Source: Candidatus Woesearchaeota archaeon (lineage in GTDB: Archaea; Nanobdellota; Nanobdellia; Pacearchaeales; UBA284). From it: a DNA stretch of 64,000 nucleotides. The translations under genes and the position numbers were made by a program. The notes beneath the pieces are model-generated. The model worked only from the letters and a program-made list of their open reading frames with translations. It did no database searches and was not told the DNA's origin. The stretch covers positions 84,879-148,878 of the forward strand of contig CAYGZP010000001.1 in assembly GCA_964354405.1 (NCBI GenBank). Reading direction: 5' to 3'. This document shows positions 51,097 through 58,908 of this stretch, one piece after another; position 1 is the first letter of the stretch, and every line of letters starts with the position of its first letter.

Positions 51097-51188
51097 TTTC
51101 TTTAGCTAAATGACTGATATTGTGATATTTATATTATTCTGTACTGAAAAATATATATCTAATGGAAATTTGCCCGCCTGTTTTCTTA

Positions 51189-52079
51189 TCAATGATTTTT
51201 CAGAAGCGTTTTCATGTCCAATGGCGCGAATAAAGCAGCCTTGCCAGTTTCTTTCTCGTAACCTCTCTTAAAATCCGGGCTTTTTACATATTTTCTATAA
51301 GTTGCGCTCAATCCCAAGCCAACAAAACTTCCCTCGCCTTCCCAGATCTCTATATCAACAAGTTTCGGAGCCCTGAGAACTTTGCCATCAGAAAAAAGAT
51401 TCAAGTCAAAGAATGTCGAGCCCCCATAACCATCATAAGTGACTCGGTTAAGCCATACATGATCTTTCGCGATGAGGTTTCCCATCTGCGCGACATACTG
51501 TTTCATCCTGTCCTCAGAAATAATATCAACAAGTTCCTTGAGATCCAATAGCTGATTGATATCTTCTTTGTTAATCTTGAATATCTTGAGCAATGCATAA
51601 GCTTTTCCTTTGAGTTTTTGGATAATCTCCTCTCCGATATTCGTTATCTCTTGAATCGGCAAGTTTGTAGCTAAGTCATAATACTTGTTTAAGTTAACCT
51701 CATAGATTTTCTTTGATAAATTAGTTTCTTCTGTGCTGTAGAACCAGAATTTTACTTTATCCAATCCCTTAGTGTTACACCAATCATTCTTTGGAAGATA
51801 AGTTACAACTCTCAGCTTGCCCGAGCCCCCCCTTGGCCCGCAAATATATTCCATTCTGACATTCAATCTGCCGTTCCCAAAAGGCAAGTCATATGAATTC
51901 AACAAATCTCCTTTATACTTCAGCGCGTTAGTCATCAAAACATCAACAGGAACCCCATTGCATTCGTCTTGAGCCAATAATTCAACTGGTTTTAGAACTC
52001 TAGCAGCAACAAGGGCTCCTGCGCCATATAACATAAATTTCAAGAATCTCCTCTTGCTATCATCAACCTCTTTTGTCAT
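51189..52079 (-). CDS. Hypothetical protein with twin-arginine-like signal peptide
   Basis: SKRRFLK followed by a hydrophobic stretch and LLA-Q. Confidence 0.7.
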   Translation of the reverse strand: MTKEVDDSKRRFLKFMLYGAGALVAARVLKPVELLAQDECNGVPVDVLMTNALKYKGDLLNSYDLPFGNGRLNVRMEYICGPRGGSGKLRVVTYLPKNDWCNTKGLDKVKFWFYSTEETNLSKKIYEVNLNKYYDLATNLPIQEITNIGEEIIQKLKGKAYALLKIFKINKEDINQLLDLKELVDIISEDRMKQYVAQMGNLIAKDHVWLNRVTYDGYGGSTFFDLNLFSDGKVLRAPKLVDIEIWEGEGSFVGLGLSATYRKYVKSPDFKRGYEKETGKAALFAPLDMKTLLKNH

Positions 52080-52141
52080 CTTTTAATTCGTGTTAACGAA
52101 AAACAATAATGTTTATAAAGTTTGTTAAGGTAACCAAAATT

Positions 52142-52468
52142 ATGCCGAGAATATCACAGACAAAAGAGAGTAAGATAAAAGAGTCCATTCTGCATTTGCT
52201 TTTCCAGCAATCTCCAAAGGCACTGTTTACTTATCATATTGCTCAAGAATTAGCTAGAGATGAAGAGTATGTCAAGAAGCTTATGATGGAGCTTGAAGGC
52301 AAAACCCTTGTAACGAGTGTAAAGAAGAACAGTGAAGGCAGAGATTACTCAAGAAGGATAAGATGGCGCCTCTCAGCGCAAACCTATGAGACTTACAAGA
52401 AGCTCAACGGTCCAGCACAATCTCAAAGCCAAAGTTCAACAGAGCAATATAATAATCAAGCGCAATAA
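52142..52468 (+). CDS. Small winged-helix protein
   Basis: 'FTYHIAQELARDEEYVKKLMMELEGKTLV...RWRLS' wHTH pattern. Confidence 0.75.
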   Translation: MPRISQTKESKIKESILHLLFQQSPKALFTYHIAQELARDEEYVKKLMMELEGKTLVTSVKKNSEGRDYSRRIRWRLSAQTYETYKKLNGPAQSQSQSSTEQYNNQAQ

Positions 52469-52514
52469 TTAAGGCTAAGAAGACTAAATCAAAGTCAAGC
52501 AAAGGCTAGGGAAA

Positions 52515-53297
52515 ATGAATATCTTTAACCGAGACAAATACCAAAACGAGAAAGAAAGGCAAGAGAGAATAAGGATTTCTTTCCAAAGAATGAAAGAAGA
52601 CATTCTTTATCTGCAACATGAGATAATAATTCTGAAAGACGAAATGCGCGAGTTAAATCAAAGCCTAAGTCAAATTTTAAAGCAATTTAAGCAGTTTTTG
52701 CCATCCAACACATCTCCAACACATGCCCAACACATGGCTAAAACTCCAACACATGTTTTGCCGAATCAGGCCCCAAATAAGCCATATTTCCATAGTTCCA
52801 TAGGAAATAGGGGGGTTCCAACAGACAGTCAACAGATAGTCAACAGACAATCCAACACATTAAACCGAACTTCAGCCCCTATCCAACATATTCAGCCAAT
52901 TCAGGATCCTTCCAAACTTCTGAAGGTATTGCCCTATACAATCGAGGATTTTCAGGAAAAGAAGACAAATTTCGACGCTCAAGGACTATCAACAATGGTT
53001 GCGAACATGAGGAAAGATCTCCAGGAAAAATTCAAGAAACTTACAAAGCAGGAGTTTCTAGTATTCTCGATTCTCTACACCCTTGAAGAAGAGCAAGGCC
53101 AAGTGACTTACAGGGACATAGCTGCCCGGGCCAATCTTGCCGAGAGTTCTGCTAGAGACTATATCTCCCGCCTCGAGCATAAAGGCATTCCCCTCGTGAA
53201 AGAACGCATTAACAACAAGATAGTTTTGTTAAAAATCCCTCAAGAACTCAGGAATATCGCGACATTAGACTCTTTATCCAAGCTAGTTAGGTTCTAA
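52515..53297 (+). CDS. Coiled-coil / low-complexity linker / C-terminal winged-helix protein
   Basis: SFQRMKEDI coiled coil; LTKQE...TYRDIAARANLAESSARDYISRLEHKG wHTH. Confidence 0.8.
   Translation: MNIFNRDKYQNEKERQERIRISFQRMKEDILYLQHEIIILKDEMRELNQSLSQILKQFKQFLPSNTSPTHAQHMAKTPTHVLPNQAPNKPYFHSSIGNRGVPTDSQQIVNRQSNTLNRTSAPIQHIQPIQDPSKLLKVLPYTIEDFQEKKTNFDAQGLSTMVANMRKDLQEKFKKLTKQEFLVFSILYTLEEEQGQVTYRDIAARANLAESSARDYISRLEHKGIPLVKERINNKIVLLKIPQELRNIATLDSLSKLVRF
52705..52860 (+). repeat. Intragenic 11-bp-phased direct repeats flanking an ORB-like element
   Basis: CCAACACAT at 52705, 52716, 52727, 52746, 52852; YCAACAGA at 52818, 52829, 52840; TTCCATAGGAAATAGGGGGG at 52796-52815. Confidence 0.85.
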
Positions 53298-53369
53298 TTC
53301 CCAAAGAATCATTCAAGGATATTTAATCCGATACAACGAATACTTTTCCCTGTAGATTTTCAAGAAGTC

Positions 53370-53403
53370 AGATAAGCCTTATAGAGCCGAGATAAGCCTT
53401 ATA
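53370..53403. repeat. Tandem palindromic motif AGATAAGCCTTATA x2
   Basis: Identical 14-mers at 53370 and 53390, each containing ATAAG-C-CTTAT. Confidence 0.8.
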
Positions 53404-53682
53404 TCAGAGCTTTAAGGAATTAGAAAATGGGCTTTTTCTGCTGCTCACTTTGCCCTTTACGCAACTTTCTTCATTCCTCTTTTTTTGCTCAGTTTTTTCA
53501 GATCTTTTTGATTCAACCTGATAAACCCTTACAATGCCCTGAAAAGTTCGTTTTAATGCCTTAACGAACTCTCACTTTTACCTTTTCAAAGGCTTATTTA
53601 TTCGGTTTATACCTATCTTTTCCCTCTTTTATGTGCTTTTTACTGTTTTTCTCGGCTTTTTACAACTTCCTTGAACTCTCTT

Positions 53683-54312
53683 TTACTCTTCTTCTCCCCA
53701 GTCTCCCGGTTTACGGCTAGCTATCTTTCGACTCTTTACCTTCATGTTCTTGAGTAAAAGATCTCTCATTTTCTCATCAACATAATATCTCTTCTTGCCT
53801 GACTTTTCAATGAACTCTGCAATCCAGCTCTCATTCTTTTGTTTGATGTTGTTGATCTGACTTCTCACAGTTGACTTGTCTTTTCCCAGCAAAACTGCAA
53901 CATCTTCGCAGCTCAACTTCTGTTCTGCGTTCAACAAAACCCATAATATTACTCGTTCATTCTGCGTCAAACCTCTTAAAAACGCTGTTTGGACAGCTGT
54001 GTAGACAGCTGTTTGGACACCTTCCACACGTGTGTGTTTATCCACAGCTGTGGAATTTTGCTTGAAAACACGCGAGGCAACCCGCGTGTCAAAGAACGAA
54101 ACGAACTGTTTTATACCGTCGATATCCTGCTTAATTTCCAAGATTTCGTTGTAAATGCCTTCAATTTTGTCCTCATGCGAGCTGTCCTTGGCGCTTAAAT
54201 GTTTTATCCAGGTCGAAATTTTGGAAATATCCTGCTTGACTGACTCAAAAGAATGAGTAATTTTCTCATCACTATGCTCTTTTTTCTTTCTCCCAAACCA
54301 GAGAAAACCCAT
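53683..54312 (-). CDS. Coiled-coil / linker / C-terminal winged-helix protein, same architecture as 52515-53297
   Basis: SFESVKQDI coiled coil; LTQNE...SCEDVAVLLGKDKSTVRSQINNIKQK wHTH. Confidence 0.8.
   Translation of the reverse strand: MGFLWFGRKKKEHSDEKITHSFESVKQDISKISTWIKHLSAKDSSHEDKIEGIYNEILEIKQDIDGIKQFVSFFDTRVASRVFKQNSTAVDKHTRVEGVQTAVYTAVQTAFLRGLTQNERVILWVLLNAEQKLSCEDVAVLLGKDKSTVRSQINNIKQKNESWIAEFIEKSGKKRYYVDEKMRDLLLKNMKVKSRKIASRKPGDWGEEE
53984..54054. repeat. Intragenic 12-bp tandem repeats plus palindromes
   Basis: GCTGTTTGGACA / GCTGTGTAGACA / GCTGTTTGGACA (53984-54019), CACACGTGTG, TCCACAGCTGTGGA (54041-54054). Confidence 0.8.
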
Positions 54313-54459
54313 AATAATTTTAACCGAGTTTGACTTTTAAACCTTTCGCAAAAAACGCGAGATTTATAAATAAAATCACAAGAAATCACAAAAATCCACA
54401 AAAATTAATCAAAATTGCAAAAACTTTTAAGCTCAAAATTCATAATAAAAGAATCAAAA

Positions 54460-54717
54460 ATGGCCAAGGAAAAGAGCAAAAAAGTAAAGCGGAGTTTCAA
54501 AAAAGAGTTCAAGAGACAGGTCAGAATGGCGACAGCCGCAGCCATTGGTTTTATTATAGCTTTTAGCTGGAGAAATTTTGTCTACGACATGACAAAAGCT
54601 TGGCTCGAAAAGATAACTCCTTTAAGCGGAGCTTTCGAGAGTGGCTTGGCATCAGCTCTTCTCATAACAGTTATAGGGGTAATTCTCATTCTGATCAGCT
54701 CGCGATTGCTGAGATAA
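54460..54717 (+). CDS. Small two-TM protein (DUF5654-like)
   Basis: AAIGFIIAFSW helix and second TM helix. Confidence 0.75.
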   Translation: MAKEKSKKVKRSFKKEFKRQVRMATAAAIGFIIAFSWRNFVYDMTKAWLEKITPLSGAFESGLASALLITVIGVILILISSRLLR

Positions 54718-54773
54718 CTAAAAGTTTTAAGCAAAAGTTCTAAAGATTTAAGCTAAACTCTTAAGCCAAATCC

Positions 54774-55004
54774 TTAAGCATGCATTCTCTTTCTGATATG
54801 CTCTCGTGTTGCAGTTATCAACAGATTTATGAAACTTGCTATCGCCAATACTAAGAAAATCAGGCCAAAGAAAGCGCCAAACATCAGATATTTCTGAGTT
54901 TCAGCGTCTATTCCAAGAAAGCCACCGAAAGCTTTAGCTGAAAAACAGATCACAGCTAACAGTATAAACCCTATGCCCAACACGAGCCATTCTGGCCATT
55001 TCAT
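54774..55004 (-). CDS. Small two-TM membrane protein
   Basis: 76 aa, two hydrophobic helices. Confidence 0.6.
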   Translation of the reverse strand: MKWPEWLVLGIGFILLAVICFSAKAFGGFLGIDAETQKYLMFGAFFGLIFLVLAIASFINLLITATREHIRKRMHA

Positions 55005-55170
55005 TGTAAAACATAGAAGCAGAAGAAATATATAAATTTTGCTAAAAAGCTCATCAAAACATCAAAAATAACGACGCTAAAACCTTTAAGCGTTGCCAAC
55101 AACCTTCTGCATGAGTGAAAATACCGTCGGAAAACAGAGAAAAACCTTCAAAACAACGAAAAATTTATAT

Positions 55171-55223
55171 ACTTAGGGTGCCCTAAGTTGACGTGAACGA
55201 GCTATTCAATGCCCTAAGTTCAC
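55171..55223. promoter_or_regulatory. Palindrome upstream of recombinase (candidate recombination or operator site)
   Basis: ACTTAGGG-TG-CCCTAAGT (55171-55188); half-site TGCCCTAAGTT repeated at 55210-55220. Confidence 0.6.
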
Positions 55224-55248
55224 AAAATCATTCAAGAAAAGAGGTAAA

Positions 55249-56028
55249 ATGCAAAATTCTAACAACTCCAACAGTGCAAAACCTTTAGCAGCAATTTATA
55301 TCCGAGTTTCAACTCAGGATCAAGCTCAGCATGGTTTCTCTTTAGATGCCCAGCAAGACACACTCCAAAATTATGCTAAAGTAATGGGCTATGACATCTT
55401 CAAAATTTACCGAGATGAAGGCAAGTCTGCTAAAGATATGAATAGGCCAGAGATGCAGCAGATGCTGAAAGATGCAGAAGCCAAGAAATTTTCAGCAATT
55501 TTCATTTACAAGTTAGATAGGTTTAGTAGAAGCATAAAAGACCTTATCCTGACTATTGACCAGCTTAAGACTTGGGGTATAGACTTTATCTCGCTCCAGG
55601 ACAAGATTGAAACAACCTCTGCTTCCGGAAAGCTTATGTTTCACATTATCTCGGCGTTCGCAGAGTTTGAAAGGAACATCATAGGCGATAGAACAACATT
55701 TGGAATGGCAAGGAAAGCAAAAGAAGGGGGTTTCATAACAAAAGCGCCTAAAGGATACAAATTAGTGAATAAACGATTGATAAAAGACACAGAACAAGAA
55801 AAGGAAATTAAAGAAATATTCAACAGTTTCCTGAATTCCGACATTTCATTGACACAACTGGCTAAAAAATACAATATGACGACTTCAGGCATCAAGAAGC
55901 TCCTGCAGAACACGACTTACTTGGGCAAAGTTAAGTTCGCCAATGTCGAGAGCCAAGGCGAGCACGAGCCCATAATCTTAGAAGAATTGTTCAACAAAGT
56001 CCAGGAAAAATTGAATAATATAAAATGA
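55249..56028 (+). CDS. Serine recombinase (resolvase catalytic domain plus short recombinase domain)
   Basis: YIRVST catalytic Ser, RPEMQ, KLDRFSR, AEFER, PKGY, YLG, HEPII; GAGGT SD. Confidence 0.95.
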   Translation: MQNSNNSNSAKPLAAIYIRVSTQDQAQHGFSLDAQQDTLQNYAKVMGYDIFKIYRDEGKSAKDMNRPEMQQMLKDAEAKKFSAIFIYKLDRFSRSIKDLILTIDQLKTWGIDFISLQDKIETTSASGKLMFHIISAFAEFERNIIGDRTTFGMARKAKEGGFITKAPKGYKLVNKRLIKDTEQEKEIKEIFNSFLNSDISLTQLAKKYNMTTSGIKKLLQNTTYLGKVKFANVESQGEHEPIILEELFNKVQEKLNNIK

Positions 56029-56588
56029 AAATTCTGCCAAAAACAACAAGGGAAGCAATGGAAATCATTTATAATACTCTTAATCAGGGAGATTCAAGAT
56101 ATAATGCGCCTGAAGATGAGCGCATTCTCGCTAATTTTATTATAAATGAAGCTATTTCTTTAGAAGAAAAGAAAATCCCGTTTATAAAAGAACCAGAAAA
56201 GAATAGCAAAATATCAGTTGTTCAAGAGACAGAGAAATATATAGCAAAAGAACTACTAAAACTTGAAGATTTTAAGGACAATGAAATATTTTTTGAAAGG
56301 TCATTTTTAGGTAGTAGGGCAGATGTTTTAGCAGAAGCCAACAACAAAATTATAGCAGTAGAATGTTGTTCATGCAGAATAAACAAAATAATAGATTATC
56401 TCTTAGAAGCAGATGAAGTTTGGGTGTTTACGCGGGGGAAACCTCCTTGGGAAACAGTCAACTATGTTGAAGATATGCAGTGGTTTATATTCAAAAGAGG
56501 CCCCAAATGGGACGAGACCTTTAAAGAACACGAAAAACAAGTCCAAGAAGAGCTGAAGAAGATTAAGAATCCGTTGGATGAGCTATAA
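56025..56588 (+). CDS. Hypothetical protein, possible PD-(D/E)XK-like fold, coupled to the recombinase
   Basis: 4-nt overlap with recombinase stop; E...RADVLA...IAVEC motif (Lys replaced). Confidence 0.65.
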   Translation: MKILPKTTREAMEIIYNTLNQGDSRYNAPEDERILANFIINEAISLEEKKIPFIKEPEKNSKISVVQETEKYIAKELLKLEDFKDNEIFFERSFLGSRADVLAEANNKIIAVECCSCRINKIIDYLLEADEVWVFTRGKPPWETVNYVEDMQWFIFKRGPKWDETFKEHEKQVQEELKKIKNPLDEL

Positions 56589-56589
56589 A

Positions 56590-57216
56590 ATGAAAAAGAA
56601 AACAAGAAAAATACAGATAAAAACACTGATTTTTGATTATGGGGGGGTTCTTGCTGAAACTAACTATCATTTATTCAAGAAAATCATGATGAAAAAACAT
56701 GGTTTTTCTATCTTTTTATATTCAGATTATCCTAAAAAAATTCACAATAAGTTTAAGGGATTTTCAATCGGGAAACATTCTTATAGAGAAGTTTTGAAAG
56801 AGTTAAGCGGAAGAAAATATATTTCTGCTATAGTTAAAGATTATAAGAAATATCTTAACAAATGTCGAAAACCTAACAAAAGCTTGCTGAAACATCTTAG
56901 AAAATTAAAGAAAAAATATCTCTTGATTTATCTTTCCAATATCAGTGACTTGCATTTGGAAGCCCATCGTGAAAGCCATTTCTTTAAACATTTTAAATAT
57001 GGCCATGGTTCTTGCGAGCTCGGATTAAAAAAACCAGACAAAAGGATCTTTCTGCATGTAATTAAAAAATATCATCTAAAACCCAAAGAGACTGTTTTCA
57101 TTGACGATAGAAAAGAGAATGTCATAGCAGCAAGAAAAGTCAGAATGAAAGCAATCCAGTTCAAGAACAACCCTCAGCTTTTCAAAGACCTAAGAAAATT
57201 AGGGGTTAAGATTTAA
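56590..57216 (+). CDS. HAD family phosphatase
   Basis: FDYGGV, LSN, KKPD..IF, FIDD..ENV. Confidence 0.92.
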   Translation: MKKKTRKIQIKTLIFDYGGVLAETNYHLFKKIMMKKHGFSIFLYSDYPKKIHNKFKGFSIGKHSYREVLKELSGRKYISAIVKDYKKYLNKCRKPNKSLLKHLRKLKKKYLLIYLSNISDLHLEAHRESHFFKHFKYGHGSCELGLKKPDKRIFLHVIKKYHLKPKETVFIDDRKENVIAARKVRMKAIQFKNNPQLFKDLRKLGVKI

Positions 57217-57226
57217 GTTAAATTAG

Positions 57227-57272
57227 AAGAAAGTGAAAAACCCGCTTGATGAGCTATAAAATGAAAAAAGAA
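57227..57272 (+). repeat. Diverged second copy of the 3' end of gene 56025-56588 plus the following start context
   Basis: AAG AAA GTG AAA AAC CCG CTT GAT GAG CTA TAA A ATG AAA AAA versus AAG AAG ATT AAG AAT CCG TTG GAT GAG CTA TAA A ATG AAA AAG at 56556-56598. Confidence 0.85.
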
Positions 57273-57878
57273 AAAATATTACTAATTGCATTATTTGTAT
57301 TGGTTTTATTGATGGTAGTAACCATTATAATAGTCGGATGTAAAACTCCTGAAGAAAAAACAAACGAAACTATAGAAGAACCACCACCTGAAATTATAGA
57401 AATAAATGAAAGCAAATTAGAATGGCTAATTTATCAAAAAATTAATGAAGAAAGAATAAAAGAAGGCATTGACATAGTAAATTACAGTAATAATTTCTCA
57501 ATTTTAGCTAAGGAACATAGTCAAGATATGTTAAAAAATGATTATGTTTCTGTAATAAATTTAGAAAACAAAAGTGCTATAGAAAGAGCTTTAGATAAGG
57601 GTTGGAATACTTATATTTTATGTTATGGCTGGAGAATATATATTTCTGAATTTGTAGATAATATTTCTATTAGATACGATGAAATATGTGGGTCTACAGA
57701 AGATGAAGAAGAAATTTCAGATTGTGCCATTAAAAAATGGATATATAACCCTGATATAAATGAAATAATTCTTGGAAAAGCCCATTTCGAAGGTCAAAAG
57801 TGCATACATCCCCGTGAATTAGGGGTAGGGGTATCTTGTGATAATTATAGTTGTCTTATTGCTGTAAATGGTCTTTAA
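57261..57878 (+). CDS. CAP/SCP domain putative lipoprotein
   Basis: Signal/lipobox VGC; INEER, LAKEHSQDM, W...P, LGVGV. Confidence 0.8.
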   Translation: MKKEKILLIALFVLVLLMVVTIIIVGCKTPEEKTNETIEEPPPEIIEINESKLEWLIYQKINEERIKEGIDIVNYSNNFSILAKEHSQDMLKNDYVSVINLENKSAIERALDKGWNTYILCYGWRIYISEFVDNISIRYDEICGSTEDEEEISDCAIKKWIYNPDINEIILGKAHFEGQKCIHPRELGVGVSCDNYSCLIAVNGL

Positions 57879-57909
57879 AAGTGAAAATCCCTAGAAATCC
57901 GTTTGGATT

Positions 57910-58365
57910 CTAATTGACAAACGTGTTTTTTACTCGTTTAGATTTAACAAAATAAATAGTCCAAACGATTGCGGCACCTAGATAAATTAATAAGGGGCTA
58001 TAATCCTCCAAAAGAGAGCTAACAATTAAGTTGTTAACAAAAATAGCCCATAAATAAATAATAGCAAAAACAGGAGCTTTTTTTGATTTTGTAAATATAA
58101 AATAAAGTGTAAATCCAATTAAAACTAGAAGCCCGAGATCTAAAAATAATGCCCACTCAATAGAATACTCTCCAATTAGAGAGAGAGCATCAAGAATATC
58201 TATAATTATAACAATGATACTATAAAACATCCCTATAATTGGAATAATTAACCACCCCCCTATCCCAGACACTTTCTCTTCTTTCTTTGCAGTTTTCTGT
58301 TGCAATCTCCTCTTTTTCGTTTTTTCTTCACTATAAAACCAATTAGATATTTTTTTCCAACACAT
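57910..58365 (-). CDS. Membrane protein, DUF2569-like
   Basis: GIGGWLI and W.IYF.KSKRVKNTF motifs. Confidence 0.8.
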   Translation of the reverse strand: MCWKKISNWFYSEEKTKKRRLQQKTAKKEEKVSGIGGWLIIPIIGMFYSIIVIIIDILDALSLIGEYSIEWALFLDLGLLVLIGFTLYFIFTKSKKAPVFAIIYLWAIFVNNLIVSSLLEDYSPLLIYLGAAIVWTIYFVKSKRVKNTFVN

Positions 58366-58482
58366 AGATAAATCAAGTTTTTTTAATATATAAAATTAAC
58401 GAAAACAAAAGAAGAAAGAGTTATAAAAGCAAAGATTTTTAATTCCAAGAAAAGTAGAATTTATATTAAAAAGAGGTAAGAA

Positions 58483-58599
58483 ATGGCTAAAAAGAGAAAG
58501 TCAGGAAGTGCTATAATTATATATTTAGAAATTCTAAGGTGGCTTTTATTTGCCTTGGGTATTCTCTTTTTTATATGGTTAATCAAAAATCTAATATGA
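58483..58599 (+). CDS. 38-aa single-TM peptide (not in ORF track)
   Basis: GAGGT SD; MAKKRKSGSAIIIYLEILRWLLFALGILFFIWLIKNLI; ATGA overlap with next ORF. Confidence 0.65.
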   Translation: MAKKRKSGSAIIIYLEILRWLLFALGILFFIWLIKNLI

Positions 58600-58847
58600 T
58601 AAGCATTAAATGGATTATAAGTAAAATAATTGAAATTATTTATTTAGTAATAATAGTATATGTTGCTTATCAAGTTTTAAAGGCAATCTTTGGTGGGACA
58701 TGGGCTACTGAAGATATTATTATAGCTGGGATGGGAATAATTTTGGCGGGGATGTTTGCTATAGTTGGATTTCTAATAAACCAAGCCCAGAGTATTGGTA
58801 AAATAAAAGGGACATTAGAAGAGCATGTGAGAAATCATAAAAAATAA
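58596..58847 (+). CDS. Small two-TM protein
   Basis: Start re-set to the ATG overlapping the previous stop; GGTW turn between helices. Confidence 0.6.
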   Translation: MISIKWIISKIIEIIYLVIIVYVAYQVLKAIFGGTWATEDIIIAGMGIILAGMFAIVGFLINQAQSIGKIKGTLEEHVRNHKK

Positions 58848-58908
58848 TTATTTCTTTTTCAATAATCTCAATATCCCAGAATTATTTAAGGGTTTCTGCT
58901 CAAAACAA

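Noticed and set aside
54038..54046. Perfect bacterial DnaA box TTATCCACA
   Set aside because: Single copy in an archaeal genome with Orc1/Cdc6; it overlaps the TCCACAGCTGTGGA palindrome and is plausible by chance.
52705..54054. Repeat arrays as CRISPR
   Set aside because: Units are 9-12 bp with no unique spacers, lie inside ORFs, and no cas genes are present.
55249..56028. IS607-type transposase
   Set aside because: No N-terminal MerR-like HTH and no tnpB; the C-terminal part is recombinase-domain-like.
56556..57272. Repeat pair as a DGR template/variable region
   Set aside because: Differences are synonymous rather than adenine-specific, and no reverse transcriptase is in the window.
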